Under the pieces are notes generated by a model, which had not been told where the DNA came from, searched no databases, and was given only the letters and a program-made list of their open reading frames with translations. A stretch of DNA of 63,798 nucleotides, filler included, from Lama guanicoe (taxonomy: Eukaryota), in the NCBI GenBank assembly GCA_013239625.1. It is 77 parts of 75 records of this genome, joined end to end, with 100 filler letters (N's around TTAATTAATTAA, not from the genome) between each part and the next. Parts side by side here need not be neighbours in the genome. Positions count along the whole stretch, not along the records: positions 37,710 to 38,170 come from PNXV01003708.1; positions 38,271 to 39,418 come from MU053791.1; positions 39,519 to 39,971 come from PNXV01003712.1; positions 40,072 to 40,634 come from PNXV01003717.1; positions 40,735 to 41,148 come from PNXV01003718.1; positions 41,249 to 41,749 come from PNXV01003736.1; positions 41,850 to 42,744 come from PNXV01003738.1; positions 42,845 to 43,378 come from PNXV01003740.1; 69 more parts are not named here. The stretch is one strand, 5' to 3'. A program made the translations under genes and the position numbers. This document shows, piece by piece, positions 37,710-49,913 of this stretch (positions within the stretch are counted from its first letter, which is position 1; each line of letters opens with the position of its first letter).

Positions 37710-38170
37710 CCCCAAAGTTAGTAGAGGGAAAGAAATCATAAAAAGGAGAACAGAAATACATGAAAACAGAGACTAAAAAAATAGACCAATGAAACTAAAA
37801 GCTGGTTCTTTGAAAAGATAAACAAAATTGATAAACTTTTAGCCAGAATAATCAAGAAAATAAGTGGAAAGGGCCCAAATCAATAAAATCAGAAATGGAA
37901 AAAACAAATTACAACCAACACCGCAGAAATACAAAGAATCGTAAGAGATAACCAAGAACAATTACATGCCAATAAAATGGACAACCTAGAAGAAATGGGC
38001 AAATTCCTAGACATGCATAATCTCCCAAGACTGAACCAGGAAGAACAGAAAATATGAGCAGACTAATTACCAGTAATGAAATTGAATCAGATAATTGGAT
38101 CAAGAAGTTGCGGTATAATTCTATAATGGAATACTACTCAGCTATAAAAAAGAATAAAATAATGCCATTT
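37710..38170 (+). mobile_element. LINE-1 ORF2 fragment joined to a distal L1 3' piece
   Basis: KSWFFEKINKIDK.LAR...DNLEEM.KFL, then at ~38092 jumps to TGGAATACTACTCAGCTATAAAAAAGAA. Confidence 0.88.
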
Positions 38171-38270
38171 NNNNNNNNNNNNNNNNNNNNNNNNNNNNNN
38201 NNNNNNNNNNNNNNTTAATTAATTAANNNNNNNNNNNNNNNNNNNNNNNNNNNNNNNNNNNNNNNNNNNN

Positions 38271-39418
38271 AGAATATAGAATGCAGAACACAAATATAGA
38301 ATATATAATAGAGAGTATACGACCCAGAACGTAGAACATGGAATGAAGAACAGAGAATTAAGAATATAGAATACAGAATACTGAATATAGAATTTAGAAT
38401 ATAGAATGTAGAACACAGAATTAANNNNNNNNNNNNNNNNNNNNNNNNNNNNNNNNNNNNNNNNNNNNNNNNNNNNNNNNNNNNNNNNNNNNNNNNNNNN
38501 NNNNNNNNNNNNNNNNNNNNNNNNNNNNNNNNNNNNNNNNNNNNNNNNNNNNNNNNNNNNNNNNNNNNNNNNNNNNNNNNNNNNNNNNNNNNNNNNNNNN
38601 NNNNNNNNNNNNNNNNNNNNNNNNNNNNNNNNNNNNNNNNNNNNNNNNNNNNNNNNNNNNNNATATAGAAATGAATAGAGAATATAGAACCCAGAATTAA
38701 GAAATGGAGTGCAGAACAAAGAATTTAGAATATACAATACAGAAGACTGAATATAGTTTTTAGAATATAGAATGTAGAACACAGAATATAGAATATAGAA
38801 TACGGAATGCAGAATATGGAATGTAGAATATGGAATGAAGAACACAATGTATAGAATATAGAATAGAGAATATAGAACCCAGAATTTAGAACACGGATGT
38901 AGAACACAAAATTTAGAATATAGAATTCAGAATACTGAATATAGAATTTAGAATATAGAATATACAACTCAGAAAATAGAATAGAGAATATAGAAACCAG
39001 AATTTACAAAATTGAATGCAGGACACAGAATTTAGAATATAGAATACAGAAACCTCTATATGCAATTCAGAATATAGAATGTAGAACACAGCATATAGAA
39101 TATAGAATAGAGAATATAGAAGCCAAAATTTAGAGCATGTAATGCAGAACACAGAATTTAGAATATAAAATACAGACCACTGANNNNNNNNNNNNNNNNN
39201 NNNNNNNNNNNNNNNNNNNNNNNNNNNNNNNNNNNNNNNNNNNNNNNNNNNNNNNNNNNNNNNNNNNNNNNNNNNNNNNNNNNNNNNAGAATATGGAATA
39301 CGGAATGCAGAATATAGAATACAGAATATAGAATGTAGAACACAGATTATACAATATGGAAAACAGAAGAGAGAACCCAGTATTTACAACGTGGAATGCA
39401 GAACACAGAATTTAGAAT
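38271..39418 (+). repeat. Heptamer satellite C
   Basis: Degenerate (AGAATAT)n with internal gaps. Confidence 0.95.
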
Positions 39419-39518
39419 NNNNNNNNNNNNNNNNNNNNNNNNNNNNNNNNNNNNNNNNNNNNTTAATTAATTAANNNNNNNNNNNNNNNNNNNNNNNNNN
39501 NNNNNNNNNNNNNNNNNN

Positions 39519-39971
39519 ACCCCAGGATTCAACAGCAATGTTTTCATTGGTTTGCACTTGCTTTCCGTTGTCTGCTTCTGACCGAGGGATTTCTGTTCCC
39601 ATGTCTTCACATTCATTCACGTGTCCCTCTGCATTATTTGGTCTGCTTAGGACTGAATTTTAGCCCTGATATTATCTCATCCACTGAGTTTTCTGATACT
39701 ATTTGTTTCGCCTTTAGGCTTTCTCTTCCCCTTTTCTGGTATTCTGCCTTTTATGATTCTGAGACACTGTTGTTCTTCAGTGTTTCCCTCACCTCCACCA
39801 TTTTCAATTTTTTCTCTGGATTGCGTTTTGCAGTCTAGGTTTTTGAAAGCTTATGTTTTGGGCCTTCAATCTCTTTGGAACTGAAAATAGTATTTCCTGT
39901 TTTTTTCATTGCACTTCTTCACCTATACTGGTCAGGTAATATCAGGTATCTAATGTAGACTTCTAGGGCTT
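39519..39971. repeat. Recurrent repeat segment D, copy 2 (minus strand has an L1-ORF1-like coiled-coil remnant)
   Basis: 39756-39971 aligns to 44078-44290. Minus-strand peptide GLNSVLSRPNNAEGHVNECEDMGTEIPRSEA..KQVQTNE. Confidence 0.82.
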
Positions 39972-40071
39972 NNNNNNNNNNNNNNNNNNNNNNNNNNNNN
40001 NNNNNNNNNNNNNNNTTAATTAATTAANNNNNNNNNNNNNNNNNNNNNNNNNNNNNNNNNNNNNNNNNNNN

Positions 40072-40634
40072 ATATTTTGAAGATACTTTTTTTCCTCTGC
40101 CATCTCTTATCACTGATAAACCTGTTTTCAATCTGTCATTCTTTTGTGGATAATGTCTTTTATTTTTGTTGACTTTTGTAATTTTCTCATCCTTATTCAT
40201 GTTTGGCTTTGCTTTAATGTATGTAGTATGACTTTATTTGTTTTTTTGTTTGTTTGTTTGTTATCTTTCCCTGTACTTAGAACTTTTATTTTAAAGACTG
40301 TTGTGTACCTTAATGTTTCAAGAATTCTTGGCAATTACCTTTTCATATATTGATCAGTTTATCTTTTCCTGAAATTCCTCTTAGATGGGTATTGGAGCCA
40401 TTTGGTCCAACATTCTATGTCTCCTAACTTGTCTTTTATATTTTTAAAATCTACCCTACTCCTTTTGCTATAACCTTCATGTATTTCTCAACAATGTCTT
40501 CCAGTCCATTAACTCTATGACTCTGTCCAACTTAATGTTTATATTTTCAATACAATTATCTTAAAATCATAATAATTTTTTGTTACTTAAGATTTATAAT
40601 TTTTTTACCATATCTATGATTACTTTTAAAATAA
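40072..40634 (-). mobile_element. Probable ancient L1M fragment (antisense)
   Basis: T-rich, with CTTTTCCTGAAATTCCTCTTAGATG...TTCCAGTCCATTAACTCT wording of old L1 5' regions. Confidence 0.45.
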
Positions 40635-41849
40635 NNNNNNNNNNNNNNNNNNNNNNNNNNNNNNNNNNNNNNNNNNNNTTAATTAATTAANNNNNNNNNN
40701 NNNNNNNNNNNNNNNNNNNNNNNNNNNNNNNNNNACAGGTGCAAAACCACACTTAGCTCCTGAAGGGAAACTCTCCAGTTCTCTCTTGATCGGCTTTCTT
40801 CCACGGTATGTAACTGTGCTGCAGTGTAAGCCTGAGCTTTACTTATGGAGTGAGGGTTTAATACCCAAAATTAGCATAAAACGGTCAGATGAAGAAAATC
40901 GACGTTGACAATTTATTTTTGGGTTTCGATAGTCAAGATATACTATCAGTTTATGCCTCATATAACAAATGAAATTGAGTACAGAACAGTGCATTTCTTA
41001 ATTTCTATTTAGAGTTCTCTTACAGAATAAGGTTGCCTGCTTTGTAACATCAACTCCACCTGTCAGTGTGTTGGTGTGATTGCATTTACACAGTAAATGT
41101 AATCTGGACTTCCTCAGCCCCAAACACTCCAGTGCAGAATCACGGGCTNNNNNNNNNNNNNNNNNNNNNNNNNNNNNNNNNNNNNNNNNNNNTTAATTAA
41201 TTAANNNNNNNNNNNNNNNNNNNNNNNNNNNNNNNNNNNNNNNNNNNNTCAGACATATGTTCAAAACACTCATATCAAGTTGAGGTTCTGGTTCCACTAG
41301 AACCACAGTGGAAAACAGACAGTCAGACGAATTCCCCGGGACTAAAGTTGGTGCCCACCTTCTGTGATTGATGGTTGCTAACATCACCTAAAGCTGGAGC
41401 CCCAAGGTCTCTGGCTACATCTGGCCAGGAAATGACAGAGAGCGTGGGATCCCCTTGGCCACGTGGCTCCCTCTGACATGAGAGCATCCAAGGATAAAAG
41501 TGAGCAGGAAGGTCCTGCATACAGTTAAGCTGATTTCATGATGTTGCTGCCCTAGGAAGAGGTCTTACTCCTGGAGCTGTAAGCATTTTGTGTCTAGAAT
41601 CTGATGTGGCCAATCACACACTGCAATTTGGGGGCATTTGGCTCCTAATAAGGGAGACACATGGGCAGTGAGTGAGAGGAGATCAAGGGATCCCTTAGCG
41701 CATCCCTCTCAGTGCTTCACTGCTAAAGCAGGGGCTCATTCCTGCATCTNNNNNNNNNNNNNNNNNNNNNNNNNNNNNNNNNNNNNNNNNNNNTTAATTA
41801 ATTAANNNNNNNNNNNNNNNNNNNNNNNNNNNNNNNNNNNNNNNNNNNN

Positions 41850-41931
41850 CATACACCGAATAATCATCGTTAGTCAGGACAGCAGCTTGTTTTCTGTACG
41901 TCTGGCTCTGGGTGACGACAGCACCAGCACA
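41850..41931 (-). CDS. Candidate coding exon (CAGAVVTQSQTYRKQAAVLTNDDYSVY...), runs to the scaffold end
   Basis: Acceptor gtttatcttttatag. Only phase 0 is open, matching the phase of the upstream 87-nt exon. Confidence 0.55.
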
Positions 41932-42210
41932 CTATAAAAGATAAACACGTTCTTTAAAATGGTGACCCAGATAAACCTACTTAAAAAGAAAGAAGTATGT
42001 AAAGTCTCTAATATTAAAAAAGAAACTGTGAAATATTACGCTATGTTTTCACTGTAAAATTCTTTGTTTTCAAAGGTTAATGGCAACAGCACAGGAAGCA
42101 GAATTAACCTCAAAACCTTAAAAGGATAGAAAATTTCTGAGGCATTTCTGAATGAAGCCCATGAAACAACATCAAATCAGAATGTGTCATATAAATATTG
42201 ATTTTTTTAA

Positions 42211-42304
42211 GGGGGAGGGTATAGCTCAGAGGTAGAGTGCACGCTTAGCATCCTCGAGGTCCTGGGTTCAAGCTCCAGTATCTCTTTTAAAAAAAAAAAA
42301 AAAA
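42211..42304 (+). mobile_element. tRNA-Ala-derived SINE, camelid Vic-1-like
   Basis: GGGGAGGGTATAGCTCAGAGGTAGAGTGC...GGTTCAAGCTCC with A and B boxes and an A16 tail. Near-identical flanks GATTTTTTTAA (42200) and GATTTTTTAA (42305). Confidence 0.88.
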
Positions 42305-42516
42305 GATTTTTTAATAACATCTCCTGTCATGCCTACCCAACATCATTCGATATTGGAACAAGGGCCTGTTTTAAAGCTAAAATAGTAAAGGCACAGAAAA
42401 CCAAGGTAGCACTTAGGAGCCCCCCTCCCCATGTGCCTCGCAGAAGCAGGAAGGCCCCATGGAGTGGCGCGGAGGAAACCAGAGCTTGGGACAGATGGCA
42501 CGAGGGAGGCACTGAC

Positions 42517-42603
42517 CACAGTGTAGGCCATGTCATCCACATCCTCCACCACCTCGTCTGAACACGCCTCAGACCCCATGTCTGTGTCCAAGAGCTCCGT
42601 GAC
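42517..42603 (-). CDS. Candidate 87-nt phase-0 coding exon (VTELLDTDMGSEACSDEVVEDVDDMAYTV)
   Basis: gctgacgtgcag|GTCACG...ACTGTG|gtcagt; 29 codons with GC-rich third positions and a protein-like sequence. Confidence 0.58.
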
Positions 42604-43478
42604 CTGCACGTCAGCGTGGCCCAGCGGCCCCCCAGCCACGGCCTCCACGCCCAGGAGCAGGCGCAGACGGCAGCGGGCAGCGAGGCCCGCACGCTCAGCT
42701 GCGCACGGGGCCCCTGATGGCCGCATTTCCCAGGAGGCCTATGANNNNNNNNNNNNNNNNNNNNNNNNNNNNNNNNNNNNNNNNNNNNTTAATTAATTAA
42801 NNNNNNNNNNNNNNNNNNNNNNNNNNNNNNNNNNNNNNNNNNNNTCCTTTCTGTTCTCCAAAAGAGCAACGGCTGATAGAAAATCTTAACATGACTTTTT
42901 TTTTAAATGTGATTTTTCCCCCTATTTAAGACATATCCTTTCTAGTCTTAAATAAGAATAACCTCAGAAATTAAAAGGAAAAGAAAAACACAAAGGATTT
43001 TAGTGGCTTACAGAAGATATTGAACCAAACCAATAACTGAAGGTAAAAATTGGACAGACTCAGGCGGCCTTCCTTGCCTGTGTGTTTGAGGTGGTCCTGA
43101 AGAAGAATGCAGCAGCCACCCAATCAGAGCTAGAATACAAGGGCTTAGATGGTAACAGAAATTAATGGAATGATTAGGAGGGGAAAAATGGGAGAAATCA
43201 CCGAAGCAGCAAGTACAGAGGGTTTTACCCTGAAATAACTGAAAATAAAAGTCACAACACGGTACCATTTAATACACCACGTTGAGGCTTAAGTTTGTTT
43301 TGAGGTCTCTGAGGACAGGAAATGGAAGGCTGCTCTGGGCCACAAAAGCAAATCTAAGTTGTTTATCTTACGCTGACTNNNNNNNNNNNNNNNNNNNNNN
43401 NNNNNNNNNNNNNNNNNNNNNNTTAATTAATTAANNNNNNNNNNNNNNNNNNNNNNNNNNNNNNNNNNNNNNNNNNNN

Positions 43479-43977
43479 TTGAGAACGGAATCTGTGTTGC
43501 AGCCTCCTTCACTTAGGTTTTTGGAAATCCAGAGTTTCTGGCCATGGGGAATTAGGCTAGTTTCATATCTAAGGTGAGGCAAAAACTCCAGGGCTCTTTT
43601 CCATTGCAAACAGCTTTTACTTGAGACCGGCTTTAAGAATCATGCTAAGAAATCAGAGTAAGTGTTTCTGCATGCCACTCTACCTTTTATGCTGGATGAA
43701 AGAACGTCTCTCCACATACTCACTTCTGACATCTCAATCTGTGAGGAAGCTGTTGTAAAACTACAGAGCTTCTTCTTAGAGCATCTACACTACTTACATA
43801 TGTAAGGGGAGGCACAAGCTCCAACACGGTTATCCACAGCAAACAGCTTTTACTTTGAAACCGGCGTTAGGAAACATTCTGAGAAATCATAGAATGTGTG
43901 TCTAGAAGTCCCTCTGTCTTTTATGCTAGATGAAAGAATGCCTCTCTACATGCTAAATTTTCAGGTCTGTATGCATG
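43479..43977 (+). repeat. Strongly diverged subfamily of satellite A (~233-bp period)
   Basis: GCAAACAGCTTTTACT at ~43606 and ~43839; retains CAGAGTAAGTGTTTCT, GAACGTCTCTCCACAT and GGGGAGG-CACAAGCTCCAAC. Confidence 0.82.
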
Positions 43978-44077
43978 NNNNNNNNNNNNNNNNNNNNNNN
44001 NNNNNNNNNNNNNNNNNNNNNTTAATTAATTAANNNNNNNNNNNNNNNNNNNNNNNNNNNNNNNNNNNNNNNNNNNN

Positions 44078-44585
44078 ATTCTGATACACTGTTGTTCTTC
44101 AGGGATTTCCTAACCTCCATTTTCAATACTTGGTCTGGAAAGCATTTTGCAGTCTAGTTGTATGAAAGCTTAACTCTTGGGCCTTCAATATCTTTGGAAG
44201 TGAAAATGGAACTTCCTGTATCTTTTACTGTACTTCTTCAAATATTCTGGTCAGGTAATATCAGGTATCTAATGTAAAATCCAGGGCTTTGTTAAGTGAA
44301 AATTTTAGACTCTTGGCTCTACACAATTCCATGGGATTTCTGTGAGGACAATTTCTCCTAGACATTGATGCCATATCGTGTTCCTGTGTGTGTTGTCTAG
44401 TATATCTCCAATTGCTGGTGTTGCATTTGAACAACCCATACTATTTCAATTAGCATAACTTCAATTTGATTACACTTATCTCACAATTCTGGAAGAGCGC
44501 AGGAAACTTCCTCTTGTGGAAATGAGGCTTCTAAAAGATCTCAGCTCTGCATTCTGCACTATGTCATTTTGGAGTGTTTCCAAAA
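44078..44585. repeat. Recurrent repeat segment D, copy 3
   Basis: Overlaps both other D copies (GGTCAGGTAATATCAGGTATCTAATGTA; TTCCATGGGATTTCTGTGAGGACAA). Confidence 0.85.
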
Positions 44586-45401
44586 NNNNNNNNNNNNNNN
44601 NNNNNNNNNNNNNNNNNNNNNNNNNNNNNTTAATTAATTAANNNNNNNNNNNNNNNNNNNNNNNNNNNNNNNNNNNNNNNNNNNNCTGGTTGAAAGATAA
44701 CGGGAAAAACCCACCTTGAGGAGACGTCCGAGGTGGGGCTGGTGGAAAGATACCAGGAAAATACCCAGTGGGGACGTCCCGAGTGGGTCCATGTTAAAAG
44801 ACACTGGAGTCAGCACTGAGTGTTTAAGTAAGAGGCTGGTCTAATGCTTTCCTCAATTTGGTTATCTCCATTGAATTTTTCGGGATAAAAGTAGAACTCT
44901 TATTAGGAACATTTCAACCCCCAAAATGGGACCCTCCTCCTGGCTGGTAACAGCTTTCTCGGATGACTGAGAAACTTGCAGGTGTGGCAGAGGCAAAGAC
45001 TTCATGCCATAGAGTTGTCCCTGTGGGAAAACCTACTAGCAATTTTATTGTTACAACCCGGCCTTTGAATGGGGAATAGAACTTAAAAAAAAAATAAAAT
45101 AAAGAAAGAAAAGGAAAAAAAGAAAAAGAAATGACAGATTGCCAGCCTCCAACTAATACCCCAGCTAGGTTTATATACATACACATACAAAACACTTTAA
45201 TTGGGAATTAAAAAGATACTCACTCTTAAAGTAACTAACCAGGCCTAATAAGAACATTTTTTGGAATTCTGAACTTATAAAAACCAAAACCCCTTTAGGG
45301 GNNNNNNNNNNNNNNNNNNNNNNNNNNNNNNNNNNNNNNNNNNNNTTAATTAATTAANNNNNNNNNNNNNNNNNNNNNNNNNNNNNNNNNNNNNNNNNNN
45401 N

Positions 45402-46186
45402 CCTTCCCCTAGCTTGAAGGGAAAAAAAAGTTTCTTTTCAGTTGCCAAATTCCATCCATACATATATATGGGGAGGTTCAAGCTCCAACCCCGATTTACA
45501 GTGAAAAAGGCAGGCACTTCAACCCGGCACTAGGAAACAGACTGAGAAACCAGAGTAAGTGTTTCTCCTGCAACCCGTTCCCTTTGTGCTGGATGAAGGA
45601 ACGTCTGTCCACATGCTCAGTTCTGAGAGNNNNNNNNNNNNNNNNNNNNNNNNNNNNNNNNNNNNNNNNNNNNNNNNNNNNNNNNNNNNNNNNNNNNNNN
45701 NNNNNNNNNNNNNNNNNNNNNNNNNNNNNNNNNNNNNNNNNNNNNNNNNNNNNNNNNNNNNNNNNNNNNNNNNNNNNNNNNNNNNNNNNNNNNNNNNNNN
45801 NNNNNNNNNNNNNNNNNNNNNNNNNNNNNNNNNNNNNNNNNNNNNNNNNNNNNNNNNNNNNNNNNNNNNNNNNNNNNNNNNNNNNNNNNNNNNNNNNNNN
45901 NNNNNNNNNNNNNNNNNNNNNNNNNNNNNNNNNNNNNNNNNNNNNNNNNNNNNNNNNNNNNNNNNNTATATATGGGAGGTACAAGCTCCAACCCCATTTT
46001 ACAGTGAAAAAGGCAGGCACTTCAACCCGGCACTAGGAAACAGACTGAGAAACCAAAGTAAGTGTTTCTCCTGCATCCCATTCCATTTGTGCCGGATGAA
46101 CGAACGTCTCTCCACATTCTCAGTTCTGAGACAAAAATGTGTGTGAAAGCCGCCTTTCACCTAGCTTGAATGGAACACAAAGTTTC
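45402..46186 (+). repeat. Satellite family A
   Basis: GGCACTAGGAAACAGACTGAGAAACC on both sides of the gap. Confidence 0.93.
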
Positions 46187-46286
46187 NNNNNNNNNNNNNN
46201 NNNNNNNNNNNNNNNNNNNNNNNNNNNNNNTTAATTAATTAANNNNNNNNNNNNNNNNNNNNNNNNNNNNNNNNNNNNNNNNNNNN

Positions 46287-47152
46287 ATGATCTATATTCT
46301 GGATTCTATATTCTCTTTTCTATAATCTAAATTCTCTGTTCTTCATTCAATAATGTACATTCTATTTTCTGCATTCCGTATTCTACATTCTATATTCTGT
46401 GTTCTACTTTCTATATTCTAAATTCTATATTCAGTATTCTGTATTCTATATTCCAAATTCTGTGTTCTGCAATCCATGTTCTAAATNNNNNNNNNNNNNN
46501 NNNNNNNNNNNNNNNNNNNNNNNNNNNNNNNNNNNNNNNNNNNNNNNNNNNNNNNNNNNNNNNNNNNNNNNNNNNNNNNNNNNNNNNNNNNNNNNNNNNN
46601 NNNNNNNNNNNNNNNNNNNNNNNNNNNNNNNNNNNNNNNNNNNNNNNNNNNNNNNNNNNNNNNNNNGTACTAAATCCTTGATTCATTATTTTCTATTCTA
46701 TATTCTAAATCCTGTTTCTGCATTACATGTTCTAAATTCTGGGTCCTGTATTCTGTTTTCCATATTCTTTATTCTGTGTTCTACATTCTATATTCTGTAT
46801 TCTATATTCTGCATTCCGTATTCTATATTCTATATTCTGTGTTCTACACTCAATATTCTATATTCTATATTCAGTANNNNNNNNNNNNNNNNNNNNNNNN
46901 NNNNNNNNNNNNNNNNNNNNNNNNNNNNNNNNNNNNNNNNNNNNNNNNNNNNNNNNNNNNNNNNNNNNNNNNNNNNNNNNNNNNNNNNNNNNNNNNNNNN
47001 NNNNNNNNNNNNNNNNNNNNNNNNNNNNNNNNNNNNNNNNNNNNNNNTAATTTCTATATTCAGTATCCTGTATTCTATATTCTAAATAATGTGTTCTGCA
47101 TTGTATATTCTAAATTCTGTATTCAGTATTCTGTAATCTATATTCTAAATTC
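46287..47152 (-). repeat. Heptamer satellite C (reverse orientation)
   Basis: Degenerate (ATATTCT)n. Confidence 0.95.
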
Positions 47153-47252
47153 NNNNNNNNNNNNNNNNNNNNNNNNNNNNNNNNNNNNNNNNNNNNTTAA
47201 TTAATTAANNNNNNNNNNNNNNNNNNNNNNNNNNNNNNNNNNNNNNNNNNNN

Positions 47253-47655
47253 TTTGCAGAGCAAAGGAAACCTTCAGCAGGACTTACGACAATACACAGA
47301 ACAGAAGGAAGTTTCATACTATGAAATCAACAAGGTGTTAATATCCATTATGTATATATAGCATATTAAACTCATTATTTAAAAAAAAAAGACCACAACT
47401 TAAAAACAGTTGAAGGATCTTCATGGAAACTTTTCAAAAACAGACATGTGGATGATTTTCATGTACATAAAAAGAAACATAATGTTGCTATTAATTAAGA
47501 AACCATAAATCAATACCAGAATGAATTATAATCTCACAGCAACCAAAATGGCTATTAAAAAAAGTCTTCAAATAGACAAACATTAATATGAATGTCAATA
47601 AAAGATAACCCAGGTACACTGTTGGTGCAAATATAAATTGATGCATCCACTATTA
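47253..47655 (+). mobile_element. Degenerate LINE-1 ORF2 3' fragment
   Basis: GCAGAGCAAAGGAAACC...AAAATGGCTATTAAAAAAAGTC...TACACTGTTGGTG.AAAT.TAAATTG. Confidence 0.8.
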
Positions 47656-47755
47656 NNNNNNNNNNNNNNNNNNNNNNNNNNNNNNNNNNNNNNNNNNNNT
47701 TAATTAATTAANNNNNNNNNNNNNNNNNNNNNNNNNNNNNNNNNNNNNNNNNNNN

Positions 47756-49159
47756 ACTTCTTCCTGTGTGTGCTGGGCGTGGGGAAACAGCACACGCATT
47801 TTCCTGGAGTCACATTAATCCCCAAGTTGTGGGTTGTAGTTTAAACATCTCCACTGCCCATGGAGAGGCACACGCTAATACTTAGNNNNNNNNNNNNNNN
47901 NNNNNNNNNNNNNNNNNNNNNNNNNNNNNNNNNNNNNNNNNNNNNNNNNNNNNNNNNNNNNNNNNNNNNNNNNNNNNNNNNNNNNNNNNNNNNNNNNNNN
48001 NNNNNNNNNNNCCAACCTTGTGTGGTGGGGAGATTTGAAGCCCCACTCCACGCAGATGAATGGGTGCTCAGGTGTTTCCCTTTATGGAGAATTCATCTAA
48101 ATACTTCCTCAGTCCATCGGGGACACTCGCTACTATTTGGCCTCAAAGCCCAACCCCCAGGTTTCTCTCAGATTCAGTGCTAGGGAAACACTCAGGGATT
48201 ACAACCTAAGGGATTCTATTAGAACCCAGCCGCTTCTGTCACCTGAAATTGCCAGCCCACACTCAGGATAGCAGAAAACTTCTTCATGTGTGTTCTGGTG
48301 GTGGGGATACAGAGTCCACGCTTTTTTCAAGGAGCACAGGTATTCCCATGTTGTGGGCTTTTGGTTAATAACCTCCAAATCCCATGGAGAAGCACTCGCT
48401 AATACTTGGATTTAGAGCCCAACCCACCCTTTCCCCAGCATTCCGTATCAGGCAACCAAACAGGGTAGACAAGTTAAGCCATTTAATAAGAACCAAGGCC
48501 CTGCTCTCAGTTAGAGGAGGCTGCCCACTCTCAGNNNNNNNNNNNNNNNNNNNNNNNNNNNNNNNNNNNNNNNNNNNNNNNNNNNNNNNNNNNNNNNNNN
48601 NNNNNNNNNNNNNNNNNNNNNNNNNNNNNNNNNNNNNNNNNNNNNNNNNNNNNNNNNNNNNNNNNNNNNNNNNNNNNNNNNNNNNNNNNNNNNNNNNNNN
48701 NNNNNNNNNNNNNNNNNNNNNNNNNNNNNNNNNNNNNNNNNNNNNNNNNNNNNNNNNNNNNNNNNNNNNNNNNNNNNNNNNNNNNNNNNNNNNNNNNNNN
48801 NNNNNNNNNNNNNNNNNNNNNNNNNNNNNNNNNNNNNNNNNNNNNNNNNNNNNNNNNNNNNNNNNNNNNNNNNNNNNNNNNNNNNNNNNNNNNNNNNNNN
48901 NNNNNNNNNNNNNNNNNNNNNNNNNNNNNNNNNNNNNNNNNNNNNNNNNNNNNNNNNNNNNNNNNNNNNNNNNNNNNNNNNNNNNNNNNNGAACACTCAG
49001 GGAACAGAAGCTAAGGGATACTAATAGAATCCAGGTGCTGCTGTCAGTTTGAGGAACTTCCCCACACTCAGAATACCAGAACACATATTCGTGTGTGTGT
49101 TGGATGTAGGAAAAAAGTCAAAGCATCTTTCAGGCGGCACATTTATTGCATGGTTGTGG
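47756..49159 (-). repeat. Satellite family F (diverged relative of B)
   Basis: AACACTCAGGGA...CTAAGGGAT.CTA.TAGAA.CCAG and CCCATGGAGA.GCAC.CGCTAATACTT are shared with 26160-26771. Confidence 0.85.
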
Positions 49160-49686
49160 NNNNNNNNNNNNNNNNNNNNNNNNNNNNNNNNNNNNNNNNN
49201 NNNTTAATTAATTAANNNNNNNNNNNNNNNNNNNNNNNNNNNNNNNNNNNNNNNNNNNNAGGGCTGTGACCTGTGATGGGAGCTCCAGGTGAAGGGAGCT
49301 GCATGGGCTGAGGAGGAGAGTGGAGTGCACAGGCCGGCAGGGAGCATCCAGTTTTGTGAGATTCGCAAAGGCCTCGGGGGTCCTTTATGCTGGGGTCCAG
49401 GTGTCATGGAGGGATTTAAGTCGGGAACTCTCAGAACCATATCCATGTTTTGGCAGCAGATCGGAGACTGGTGTGAGGCCAGATTAGAGGATGGAGGAGT
49501 GGCTGGTCCACGGTGACCAGGTACCAAGATCTCTGACGGAATCAGCAAGTGGATTTGAAATGGCGGTGCCCGTGGGCTGACGGGAGGAATAGGCACTGAC
49601 CTGGACTGTCTATACAAGTCGAAAACACACATCTTTTTTTGCAAAATGCANNNNNNNNNNNNNNNNNNNNNNNNNNNNNNNNNNNN

Positions 49687-49805
49687 AAGAAAAAAAAACC
49701 CAATCCAAAAATGGGCAGAAGACCTAAACAAGCAATTCTCCAAGGAAGGAATGTAAATTATGAATAGGTTCATGAAAACAATGCTTAATATCACTAATTA
49801 TCAGG
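49687..49805 (+). mobile_element. Short LINE-1 ORF2 3' fragment
   Basis: CCCAATCCAAAAATGGGCAGAAGACCTAAACAAGCAATTCTCCAAGGAAG. Confidence 0.85.
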
Positions 49806-49913
49806 GCAGGGAANNNNNNNNNNNNNNNNNNNNNNNNNNNNNNNNNNNNNNNNNNNNTTAATTAATTAANNNNNNNNNNNNNNNNNNNNNNNNNNNNNNN
49901 NNNNNNNNNNNNN

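Noticed and set aside
36777..39354. Hydrophobic FYILYS-repeat ORFs as membrane proteins
   Set aside because: These are translations of the (ATATTCT)n heptamer satellite, found in all frames.
42211..42285. Functional tRNA-Ala gene
   Set aside because: Poly-A tail, TSD and imperfect stems indicate a SINE.
43008..43130. Possible minus-strand exon after ttcttcttcag
   Set aside because: The frame is ambiguous and the peptide is not recognisable.
44686..45301. Possible ERV leader/gag fragment
   Set aside because: I could not confirm a primer-binding site or gag motif.
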